A stretch of 64,000 bases of DNA, taken from the NCBI GenBank assembly GCA_965262615.1, contig OZ253545.1:1120001-1184000 (forward strand), read 5' to 3'. Every line of letters starts with the position of its first letter. The first letter of the stretch is position 1. The stretch comes from Alphaproteobacteria bacterium (lineage in GTDB: Bacteria; Pseudomonadota; Alphaproteobacteria; GM7ARS4; G965262615). Under the pieces are notes generated by a model that did not search any database, was not told the DNA's origin, and worked only from the letters and a program-made list of their open reading frames with translations. A program made the translations under genes and the position numbers. Positions 55,565 through 64,000 of the stretch are shown here, piece by piece.

Positions 55565-56472
55565 GACACTCTTCCCATGCGTTCAATCTCCCATTCCAGC
55601 GTAATGCCGCTGTGTTCAGCCACGGCATGGCGAATGGCGTTGCCCAGTTGCTCCAAATCTGAGGCGCGCGCGCCTCCTTTGTTGATCATAAAGTTGCAAT
55701 GATGAGGTGCGAGAGCCGCGTCTCCCACTGTCATGTGACGGCATCCCGCTTGGTCAATCAGCTGCCACGCCTTATGCTGTGGCGGATTTTTGAAAATACT
55801 GCCGCCCGTGCGCGCCTTGATGGGCTGAGTGCGCCGTCTTTGGTGACGCATATCAGCCATGCGCGCGGCGATCTCATCACGAGATGCCTTCACGGTGCGT
55901 AAAATCGCCGCCACAATAATCCAATCGCGAGGAATAGCACTGTGACGATAGCTAAAGTCATTTGATGTCATACCATGCTCATGCCACTGTCCGTTGCCAT
56001 CAAAGGCGAAGATGGTTTTGACACAATCACCCATGGCTCTGCCGTATGCTCCGGCATTCATGCGTAATGCGCCGCCGATGGTGGCGGGAATGTTGGCGAG
56101 AAATTCCAATCCCCCGCGCCCAGCCCGCAAACACGCTCGCGCCAACTGCACGGTGCGCACTCCTGCTTCCACAAACACCTCATCGGCAGACATTTCGTAT
56201 TGATTCAAACGATGCAAACGCACCGTCACGCCATCCAAACCGCCATCACGAATGATCACATTGGACATCGCCCCCACCACATGAACAGGCAAAACTGATG
56301 ACTGCCGTGCCACAAGAAATTTCCGCAATTGGTCGGTGTTGAATGGTTCAAAGAGCATGGCGGCATGCCCCCCCGCGCCAAACCATGACCACTGCCCCAC
56401 AGGGGCATTCGCCTGCCAGTGTCCTTCAATATGCTCATAGGGTGTCATGGCGGGTGTCACGGCGGCTCTCAT
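55561..56472 (-). CDS. murB: UDP-N-acetylmuramate dehydrogenase
   Basis: GGALRMNAGAYG, FSYRHS, GSIFKNP, HCNF, LEWEI. Confidence 0.96.
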   Translation of the reverse strand: MRAAVTPAMTPYEHIEGHWQANAPVGQWSWFGAGGHAAMLFEPFNTDQLRKFLVARQSSVLPVHVVGAMSNVIIRDGGLDGVTVRLHRLNQYEMSADEVFVEAGVRTVQLARACLRAGRGGLEFLANIPATIGGALRMNAGAYGRAMGDCVKTIFAFDGNGQWHEHGMTSNDFSYRHSAIPRDWIIVAAILRTVKASRDEIAARMADMRHQRRRTQPIKARTGGSIFKNPPQHKAWQLIDQAGCRHMTVGDAALAPHHCNFMINKGGARASDLEQLGNAIRHAVAEHSGITLEWEIERMGRVS

Positions 56473-57905
56473 GATATTTTCCTCTGACTTTCATGACCCT
56501 CGCTGAGCCGATGAAACAGTTGTTTGCTCCAACCTCCAATAGACCCCGCCCCCATGCAGACAACAATGGCATCATCGCCCGCCATGTCATGAACCATGCT
56601 TGCCAATTGGTGCGGTTGCTTCAGACGCATCACGGTGGGATGCCCTGCGGCGCGCAATTCATCCGCCAGACGGTCGGCATCATATCCCGCAATGGGACGC
56701 TCCCCCGCTTCATAGACATCGGCAATGATGATGCCGTCAGCATCATTGAACGCCGCGAGAAATTGATTAAACACATCCCTAAGGCGAGAGTAGCGATGAG
56801 GCTGATGAACGGCAATCAATGACCGCTTGCCATAATGCTCCCGCGCCGCTTGCAGTGTGGCATGAATTTCTGTGGGATGATGGGCATAATCATTGATGAC
56901 CACCACGCCTCGTGATGTCACCCCCATGATTTGAAAGCGTCTGTGGACACCGCCAAATGAGGCAATGCCCTTTTGAATGGCGGCAATATCAACGCCCATG
57001 CACAGTGCGGTGGCAATGGCTGCCAAAGCATTGGATAAATTATGACGCCCCACCATTGGTAGCGTGATGGCAAAAGAGTCACACGATTGCACGACTCCAT
57101 CCCGCAGCACCACATCACATTGCCATCCCAATCCTTTTTTCTTCGCATTGATGGCGCGCACATCGGCATGGGCTGCAAAGCCGTAGGTGATGACTCTTCT
57201 GCCGTCTCCCATGCGGGCTCGCATTTCTTGAACATTGTGGGAATCCATATTGAGAATGGCGCATCCATAAAATGGGATGGTGGCGATGAATTCATCAAAG
57301 GCGCGCCGCAAGGCGGCAAAATCACCGTAATGATTGATGTGTTCGGCATCAATGTTGGTGACAACGGCAAATTCGGGATGATAATGAACAAACGACCCAT
57401 CGGATTCATCGGTCTCCGCCAACAAAAAATCCCCCGTTCCCAAACGCACATTAGAGCCCCACTCCTCAATCACCCCGCCATTGACCACAGTGGGTGATAA
57501 TTGAGCGTGCTCCAAAACATGCGCCAACAAGGATGTGGTGGTGGTTTTGCCATGGGACCCCGCAACGGCAATGGCGCGCTTGAAATGCATCAATTCCGCC
57601 AGCATGGTGGCACGAGAAATGATGGGAATGCGCCGTTCACGCGCCCCTTGCAGTTCCACATTATCAGAGCCAATGGCGGAGGAATAAACCACCACAGATG
57701 CTTCACCCAGATGAGCGACATCATGCCCGATGGCAATATCAATGCCGCGAGCGCGCAAGCGGTGCACATTGGCATTGTCGCTGATATCACTGCCGCGCAC
57801 GGTGCATCCCATGTCATGAAGCAGTTCGGCAATGCCACTCATGCCGATGCCGCCGATACCGACACAATGAATCACATAATCTTTGAATGGCAGTAAGGCG
57901 GTCAT
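56469..57905 (-). CDS. murC: UDP-N-acetylmuramate--L-alanine ligase
   Basis: GIGGIGMSG, GSHGKTTTT, ETDESDGS, DYAHHPTE, QPHRYSR. Confidence 0.97.
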   Translation of the reverse strand: MTALLPFKDYVIHCVGIGGIGMSGIAELLHDMGCTVRGSDISDNANVHRLRARGIDIAIGHDVAHLGEASVVVYSSAIGSDNVELQGARERRIPIISRATMLAELMHFKRAIAVAGSHGKTTTTSLLAHVLEHAQLSPTVVNGGVIEEWGSNVRLGTGDFLLAETDESDGSFVHYHPEFAVVTNIDAEHINHYGDFAALRRAFDEFIATIPFYGCAILNMDSHNVQEMRARMGDGRRVITYGFAAHADVRAINAKKKGLGWQCDVVLRDGVVQSCDSFAITLPMVGRHNLSNALAAIATALCMGVDIAAIQKGIASFGGVHRRFQIMGVTSRGVVVINDYAHHPTEIHATLQAAREHYGKRSLIAVHQPHRYSRLRDVFNQFLAAFNDADGIIIADVYEAGERPIAGYDADRLADELRAAGHPTVMRLKQPHQLASMVHDMAGDDAIVVCMGAGSIGGWSKQLFHRLSEGHESQRKIS

Positions 57906-58975
57906 AATTGTCTCCTCAGCATGGTGCGCGCCAATAATGCCAGTTTTGTCGCCGCTTTGAAATGAGACATCCGTTCTGAGGCACGGCTCATGGATGTCAT
58001 TGTCTGAGGTGATGTCATCAATTGATTCAAATGCCGATGCAGCTGCCGATCTGCTTGAGGCTGTTCATTCACCACGATGGCTGCACCGTGATGGGCAACG
58101 GCGCGCGCATTGTCATCTTGATGATGGTTCGCCGCATGGGGATACGGAATGAGGATGAGCGGCAGCCGCATGGCGGTTGCCTCGGCAATGGTGGATGCAC
58201 CCGCACGGGCAATCAACACATCACAGCGGCGATAGAAATCACTCATATCGTCAAAAAACGGACGCACATCGTGCGTCACCGCCAGTGATTCATAGTGCTG
58301 CCGCACCCGATTCTCATCCTCGCGCCGCGCTTGATGCAAAACGGTAATTGTCTCTTTGTGTGCCAGCTGTCCAATGGCGGACGGCACGATGTCGGATAGA
58401 GCGTGTGCTCCCTGTGAGCCCCCCAACACGCCAATAGTGAATGATGATGTGTCTTTTTTTGTGAATTCACGCGTCATTGCACGAATTGGGACACCCACAA
58501 GAGTTATTTTCTTTTTCCATCGCTTAATAACTGAATTTGGCTTGGTGTGGGCAAATGACAGAGCGATGGCGGATGCCAGCCGTGCGCCATAGCGATTGAC
58601 TCGTCCCAGCACGGCATTTTGTTCATGAATGATGAGGGGTAATGCCATCAGCCGTGCGGCAATCATGGCGGGAATGGCGGCATAGCTGCCGAAAGTCACC
58701 ACCAGATGCACATTTTTTTGCCGAAACAGCCGCATCACCCGCCAAAGCCACATCGGCATCAGCCACATCATGCGCAGAATTCGTCCTCGCACACCGTGCG
58801 GCATGGCAAGCACAAGGCTTCCATCAGGTGTGCCGTAACGCGCCCCTCTGACATCGGTGACAAAATGACTGGCAACATGCTGCTCACCCAAAGCGTCAGC
58901 AAAGGCAAGAGCGGGAAAGACATGCCCTCCCGTGCCGCCAGTGGCAATCGCAACACACCCGCGCACCATGTTCAT
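57902..58975 (-). CDS. murG: MurG glycosyltransferase
   Basis: GGTGGHVFPA, HEQNAVLGRVN, GGSQGA, RAGAST, HQDDNA. Confidence 0.96.
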   Translation of the reverse strand: MNMVRGCVAIATGGTGGHVFPALAFADALGEQHVASHFVTDVRGARYGTPDGSLVLAMPHGVRGRILRMMWLMPMWLWRVMRLFRQKNVHLVVTFGSYAAIPAMIAARLMALPLIIHEQNAVLGRVNRYGARLASAIALSFAHTKPNSVIKRWKKKITLVGVPIRAMTREFTKKDTSSFTIGVLGGSQGAHALSDIVPSAIGQLAHKETITVLHQARREDENRVRQHYESLAVTHDVRPFFDDMSDFYRRCDVLIARAGASTIAEATAMRLPLILIPYPHAANHHQDDNARAVAHHGAAIVVNEQPQADRQLHRHLNQLMTSPQTMTSMSRASERMSHFKAATKLALLARTMLRRQL

Positions 58976-60060
58976 GACACCTCCTTTTGCCGACTCAAAT
59001 TGAGCGATAGGGCAATGGTGAGCAATGCCCCCCACAACGCCGACCCGCCATAAGAGACAAATGGAAACGCAATGCCCGTGGGAGGCATCAGTTGCACATT
59101 GGTGGCAATATGAAAAAGACTGGATAACACAAGGCTCATCATCAGCCCCCACACCGCCAGACAAATCACCAACCGCTCATGATTGACCACCGCCAGCCAT
59201 TGCCGCAGTGCCATCATGAGAATTCCGCCCGCCATCACCAGAGCCGCCATGAATCCGTATTCTTCCACTGCGGTGGCGAAGACAAAATCATTGTAGAAAT
59301 AGGACAGGTCGTGCTTGAAGACCCCCTGCCCTGCTCCTTCGCCCCACCATCCGCTGCCGCTCATGGCATCGCGCGCGATGTCTGTTTGTTGCCGCCCCGC
59401 TTCACTTTCAGATAAAAATTGATGCACCCGCTTCACCACATGAGGAAGAAATGCATAAATGGCAATAAAAGCCACCACCAAAATAACAGCCAATGCCATC
59501 GCCATAGAAAGAGTGATGCCCATGACGAAGAGTTGTCCGAGCCACATCATGGTGATGACAATGCTCTGCCCCACATCTGGCTGTCCCAGCAACAAAAATA
59601 CAATGATTGCCAAAATGGCGGGCGGCAACAGAAAATCAATGCTATTGCCGCGCTCCCGCAGCCGCACAAACAGCCACGCCGACACAAGAGCAAAGGCGGG
59701 TTTCACCAATTCCACAGGCTGAACCGACAGCGACCCCAATGGCAACCATTTGCCAACAGGCAACCAGCGACTGGCTCCGTTGATGGAGTCTCCCACAAAC
59801 AATACGGCAACCAGCATGAGAATTCCCAAAACCAGCATCGCCACAGACCCCCTCAACAGAGCATCATGAGACAACAGACACACCCCGCAAACGAGGGCAA
59901 AACCCAGCAGCAGGAACATCCCCTGACGCATCAAGAGAGACGCGCCGTGCCCATCCACCGCGAACGCAGAGGTCATCATCATCAAGCCAAACAAACACAA
60001 CACCATGGCGATGCAGGTGGTTGTGTGATCCATTTGTTGCCATTTTTGCGTCATGAGCAC
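58972..60060 (-). CDS. ftsW: FtsW SEDS-family peptidoglycan polymerase
   Basis: INGASRW, QPVELVK, QPDVG, NDFVF...EEYG, PFVSYGGS. Confidence 0.93.
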   Translation of the reverse strand: MLMTQKWQQMDHTTTCIAMVLCLFGLMMMTSAFAVDGHGASLLMRQGMFLLLGFALVCGVCLLSHDALLRGSVAMLVLGILMLVAVLFVGDSINGASRWLPVGKWLPLGSLSVQPVELVKPAFALVSAWLFVRLRERGNSIDFLLPPAILAIIVFLLLGQPDVGQSIVITMMWLGQLFVMGITLSMAMALAVILVVAFIAIYAFLPHVVKRVHQFLSESEAGRQQTDIARDAMSGSGWWGEGAGQGVFKHDLSYFYNDFVFATAVEEYGFMAALVMAGGILMMALRQWLAVVNHERLVICLAVWGLMMSLVLSSLFHIATNVQLMPPTGIAFPFVSYGGSALWGALLTIALSLNLSRQKEVS

Positions 60061-61319
60061 CTCGTCAATTGATGCACATCATGGCGAAATGCGTCACCGC
60101 GCTGAGCAAAGTCCTGCCATTCATCCTGTGATGCCGCCGCAGGAGACAGCAAAATGGTGGCGCGCATGTTCTCGCTGTGAGCCAAAGCGGCGCGCAGAGC
60201 ATCCCTTTGATTGTCATGGGTTTGATACGCCACAGCTTTTTCATCCAGCCATTGGCACAGTGATTCTTGATGGCGTCCCACCACATAGGCGCGCCGCACA
60301 CGATGCACATGAGGTGATAGAGGCTCAAAGGAAACATTTTTATGAAGACCGCCGCAAATCCAAAAAATATTGTGACATGATGCCAACGCCGCCGCCGCCG
60401 CATGAGGATTGGTGGCTTTGCTGTCATTGATAAAAACGCGTTCATCCGATGAGGCATCCAATGAAACAACCGTCTCCATTCGATGAGGCAAGCCTTTGAA
60501 GTTGCCAATGGCATCACTGATGACATCATCAGCGATGCCAAACCAGCGCGCCACCATGCGACACAATTCACGATAAGCATCATGATGACTGGTGGCATTC
60601 TCGCCAAAGCGTCTCACGGCTCGGTGATTGTCTTGAAGACTTTGAGCAATGGCATCACTGTGGAAATCTTCGCATCCCACAACGCAGAGATGATTGTCAT
60701 TCATGTGGTCAAAAATGCGAGATTTGATGGCGGCATAACGCGCCATTGAGCCATGCCGTTGCAGATGATCCTCGCTCACATTGAGGAGCACGGCGACATC
60801 CCAAGCGGTCTCGCCTTTGCTCTCCAACTGATAGGATGACAGTTCCACCAAATAACATCCTTCTGGCGGCAAATGTGGCATGGCAAGACAGCCACAAAAG
60901 CTGTTACCGCCCACCGCATGAGGAATGGCGGCGCGCGTAAAAATATCGGCAAGCAAGGCAACGACCGATGACTTGCCATCAGTTCCCGTGACCGCCACCC
61001 GCCGTGCCGCAGATTGTGCATAATGCAACAACGCCACATCCCGTAGCACCGGACACCGACGCTTCAATGCCTCTTTCACCATAGGATGCTGAGGGTCATG
61101 GTCAATGGCAATGCCCGCACTGACAATAATGCCATTCAAGGTGTCAAAATCAGACTCTTTGAGATGATTGGCATGGTGTGCCATGCGCGCCGCGTCATCA
61201 TCCCACACCCGTACGCCACACCCATGATGACGCAAACACGCCACCACCGCCGAACCGCTCTCACCGAGACCCAGAACGCCGTACGAAGATTGAGAATTGA
61301 GATTCAGTTTCATCATCAT
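60051..61319 (-). CDS. murD: UDP-MurNAc-L-Ala--D-glutamate ligase
   Basis: GLGESG, TGTDGKS, ELSSYQL, DHL.RH, NDSKATN, LSPAAAS. Confidence 0.95.
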   Translation of the reverse strand: MMMKLNLNSQSSYGVLGLGESGSAVVACLRHHGCGVRVWDDDAARMAHHANHLKESDFDTLNGIIVSAGIAIDHDPQHPMVKEALKRRCPVLRDVALLHYAQSAARRVAVTGTDGKSSVVALLADIFTRAAIPHAVGGNSFCGCLAMPHLPPEGCYLVELSSYQLESKGETAWDVAVLLNVSEDHLQRHGSMARYAAIKSRIFDHMNDNHLCVVGCEDFHSDAIAQSLQDNHRAVRRFGENATSHHDAYRELCRMVARWFGIADDVISDAIGNFKGLPHRMETVVSLDASSDERVFINDSKATNPHAAAAALASCHNIFWICGGLHKNVSFEPLSPHVHRVRRAYVVGRHQESLCQWLDEKAVAYQTHDNQRDALRAALAHSENMRATILLSPAAASQDEWQDFAQRGDAFRHDVHQLTRCS

Positions 61320-62407
61320 CGCAGTTTCAGTGTGGCAAGGGCGAACAGGGACAGGACAGAGGCAATAATCCAAAAGCGAATGACGATGGTGGATTCTTGC
61401 CATCCGAGTTTTTCAAAGTGATGATGCAGCGGTGCCATCAAAAAAACCCGCCTGCCCGTGATTTTGAACACCAGAACTTGCACCATGACGGACAATGTCT
61501 CCACAAGAAACAATCCTCCAGCGATGGCAAGCACCAGTTCATGATGAGTCGCCACGGCGACAAATCCCAGCAAGCCGCCGATGGCAAGCGCGCCCATGTC
61601 TCCCATGAAGATTTGCGCGGGCGGGGCATTAAACCATAAAAATCCCAGCCCCGCTCCCAACATGGCGGCACACAAAACGGCGAGTTCACCGGTCTGTGGC
61701 ACATAGGGCAGATGCAAATACGAGGCAAAAACATGATTGCCCACAATCCACGCAATGACAAAAAAGCAAGAAAAGGCAATCATGGCAGGCACAACGGCAA
61801 GGCCATCCAGTCCATCGGTGAGATTCACCGCATTGGCGCACCCCACCACCACACACAGTGCCGTCAGAGGCAATCCCAGCGCGCCCCAGTGAATGGAGAG
61901 GTCTTTGAAAAAAGGAACAGACCACGACATGCCAATAGAGGCATCCGCATGGTGAGAAAGCCAAAACAATGCGCCCCATGCCAAAAGCCATTCCCATGTC
62001 AGACGGGTGCGTCCTCGCAAACCTTTGGAGCTGCGATGACGCAATTTGAGAACATCATCCCAGCCGCCAATCAAGGCAAATCCCACCATGATCACAAAGG
62101 ATGCCTGAATGTAGGGATTGAGAATATCCGCCCACAAAAATAAACTCACCGCCATGGAGAGCAAAATCAGAAATCCACCCATCGTGGGCGTTCCCTGCTT
62201 GGCTTGCAGATGAGTGACGGGGCCATCCATGCGAATGGGTTGCCCCGATTTTTGATGCTTGTGCAACAGGCGAATGATTCTGCCGCCCAACACCAAAGCC
62301 AGCAACAAGGATGTCATCACCGCACCAAAAGAGCGAAAGGTGATGTAGTTAAACAGATTAAACAGCGCAAAATGCTCAACCCACGGAGTCAGAAGATTAT
62401 ACAGCAT
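61316..62407 (-). CDS. mraY: Phospho-MurNAc-pentapeptide transferase
   Basis: GTPTMGG, NAVNLTDGLDGLA, FMGD, MAPLHHHFE. Confidence 0.97.
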   Translation of the reverse strand: MLYNLLTPWVEHFALFNLFNYITFRSFGAVMTSLLLALVLGGRIIRLLHKHQKSGQPIRMDGPVTHLQAKQGTPTMGGFLILLSMAVSLFLWADILNPYIQASFVIMVGFALIGGWDDVLKLRHRSSKGLRGRTRLTWEWLLAWGALFWLSHHADASIGMSWSVPFFKDLSIHWGALGLPLTALCVVVGCANAVNLTDGLDGLAVVPAMIAFSCFFVIAWIVGNHVFASYLHLPYVPQTGELAVLCAAMLGAGLGFLWFNAPPAQIFMGDMGALAIGGLLGFVAVATHHELVLAIAGGLFLVETLSVMVQVLVFKITGRRVFLMAPLHHHFEKLGWQESTIVIRFWIIASVLSLFALATLKLR

Positions 62408-63761
62408 AAGACTCTCCGTTGTGTTCGCGCAATTTTTGCACAAACGATGCCAGCCGCACCCCCGCCGATCCCTTCACCATGAGAACATCCCCATGCTGCA
62501 ATGAGGCAATAATATCAGATTGTGCCTGAGCGATGGAATGAGCGGCAATCCCTTGTTGACGAGATGGCAGCTGGTGATGCAGCTGCATCATGTGGTCGCC
62601 AATGGCATGCACCACATCAATGGATGTCAGATGAGCCACCAATTGATTGTGATACAGCGATGCCTGTGTGCCCAGTTCCAGCATATCACCCAAAAGAGCA
62701 ATGCGCCGTGCGTTGGTGCACGGATACGATGCCAATGATGCCAACGATGCCATCATGGAAGCGGGGTTGGCATTGTAGCTTTCATCCAACAGATGAATCA
62801 CCTTACCGTCAATGATGATGGTGTGTTCGCGTCCTCGTCCTTGCAGTGGCTGTTCTTTATTGAGAATACGCGCGGCGGCATCAAGGCTCATGCCGCACCG
62901 ATGGGCTGCCAGCATCACGGCGGCGGCGTTCAATTCATGATGCCGACCGCGCCACTGAAGATTGAGGGATACGCGCTGTCCTGCAAAACACAGATGATGG
63001 TCATCGGTCAGACGCATATCAGAATCGCCATGACAGCCAAAGGAGAGAACACGCGCCCCCACATCGGTGGCTTTGGCAGCAAGCAGGTCGTAGAATTCGG
63101 AGTCTCTGGGAAGAATGGCAATGGATTCGTTCGTCAATGCGTCAATGAGTTCGCCTTTGGCGTGAGCAATGGCTTGCAAGGAGGAAAAAAACTCCCGATG
63201 AGCAGGGGCAATGGCGGTGATGATGGCGATATGAGGCTGCACCCATTGTGCCAGTGTGGCGATTTCTCCCGCTTTGTTCATGCCCAACTCAAAGACGGCA
63301 AACGCATCATGAGGCGATAGATTGGCAAGAGAAAGCGACACTCCCAAATGATTGTTATGACTGGAGAGGCTGAATGTCGTTTTTCCCATGTCTTGAAGAA
63401 GTCGCGCCAGCATGGCTTTGCATGTGGTCTTGCCGACACTTCCCGTGATGGCAACAATGCGCGCCGAGCTGCGCGCTCGCGCCAATTGTGCCATGGCAAT
63501 GAGGGACTCGCGGCAATCATCAACACGCAAAAGCGGCAAATCATGAGGATGGCGAGATGGCGCGCGCTCCACCATGGCGGCGGCGGCGGACCCATCATGA
63601 GCTTGTCTCAGCAAATCATGACCATCCACATGATTTCCTTGCAGAGCGACAAAAAGCGACTGCGGCTTCATGGTGCGGGTGTCAATGGCGACATGAGATG
63701 CCTGCCACGCCGCGCTGCTTTGTCCTATGCTGGCGCACAATTGGTCATTCCACAGCGTCAT
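62397..63761 (-). CDS. murF: UDP-MurNAc-tripeptide--D-Ala-D-Ala ligase
   Basis: IDTR, TGSVGKTT, ELGMN, DESYNANP, GDMLELG, VKGS. Confidence 0.96.
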   Translation of the reverse strand: MTLWNDQLCASIGQSSAAWQASHVAIDTRTMKPQSLFVALQGNHVDGHDLLRQAHDGSAAAAMVERAPSRHPHDLPLLRVDDCRESLIAMAQLARARSSARIVAITGSVGKTTCKAMLARLLQDMGKTTFSLSSHNNHLGVSLSLANLSPHDAFAVFELGMNKAGEIATLAQWVQPHIAIITAIAPAHREFFSSLQAIAHAKGELIDALTNESIAILPRDSEFYDLLAAKATDVGARVLSFGCHGDSDMRLTDDHHLCFAGQRVSLNLQWRGRHHELNAAAVMLAAHRCGMSLDAAARILNKEQPLQGRGREHTIIIDGKVIHLLDESYNANPASMMASLASLASYPCTNARRIALLGDMLELGTQASLYHNQLVAHLTSIDVVHAIGDHMMQLHHQLPSRQQGIAAHSIAQAQSDIIASLQHGDVLMVKGSAGVRLASFVQKLREHNGESYAV

Positions 63762-64000
63762 GATTCCTCTCGCTTTATAATGTGCCGCACCCATTCGGCA
63801 TCATCAAAGGGATGGTGTTCATCACCAATGATTTGTTCGCGCTCATGCCCTTTGCCGGCAATCAAAAGCACATCATCGGTTGCCATTTGGGCGATGGCAT
63901 GGTCAATGGCTTCGCTCCGTGAGCCAATGACCGTGACTTTGCTTGTGTCTTTAATGCCCGCCATGATGTCACGGCGAATGGCTTCGGGGTTTTCAAAGCG
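63758..64000 (-). CDS. murE: MurE ligase, C-terminal part (runs off the right edge)
   Basis: ENP..I, R.EAI, LIAGKGHE, PFDD. Confidence 0.92.
   Translation of the reverse strand, partial: RFENPEAIRRDIMAGIKDTSKVTVIGSRSEAIDHAIAQMATDDVLLIAGKGHEREQIIGDEHHPFDDAEWVRHIIKREES

Overview
A gene-dense, roughly 50% GC alphaproteobacterial chromosome segment, probably from a streamlined host-associated organism (inferred from the Sel1 expansion and tiny intergenic spaces). The housekeeping backbone comprises yggS, leuS, mgtE/tRNA-Leu/lipB, rpsT/mutM, NAD-linked formate dehydrogenase, an M48 protease, pagL/cysK/moeB, bioF-H-C-D-A, hemB, an AGCS symporter, an orphan pqqA and the dcw cluster from murE to ftsZ. 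Small AT-richer cassettes are wedged between these core genes: 13 Sel1-repeat loci (2 frameshifted), 5 paralogous membrane-anchored coiled-coil genes (DUF1640/CCDC90-like), a DndC plus DUF262/DUF1524 pair, a methyltransferase-HNH fusion and a vapD inside the biotin operon. The most striking unexplained structure is the coiled-coil/Sel1 cassette family. Each coiled-coil gene carries the same portable upstream module (inverted repeat, TTGACA-N17-TA(T/C)TCT, ATG 7 nt later). Three loci sit tail-to-tail with a Sel1 gene. The cassettes are mosaic and length-variable, and they are bounded by duplicated 3' ends of neighbouring genes, with no recombinase in the window. About 19 genes have a -10 hexamer 6-7 nt before the start codon, which suggests pervasive leaderless transcription. 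All calls come from reading motifs by eye; no database searches were run.
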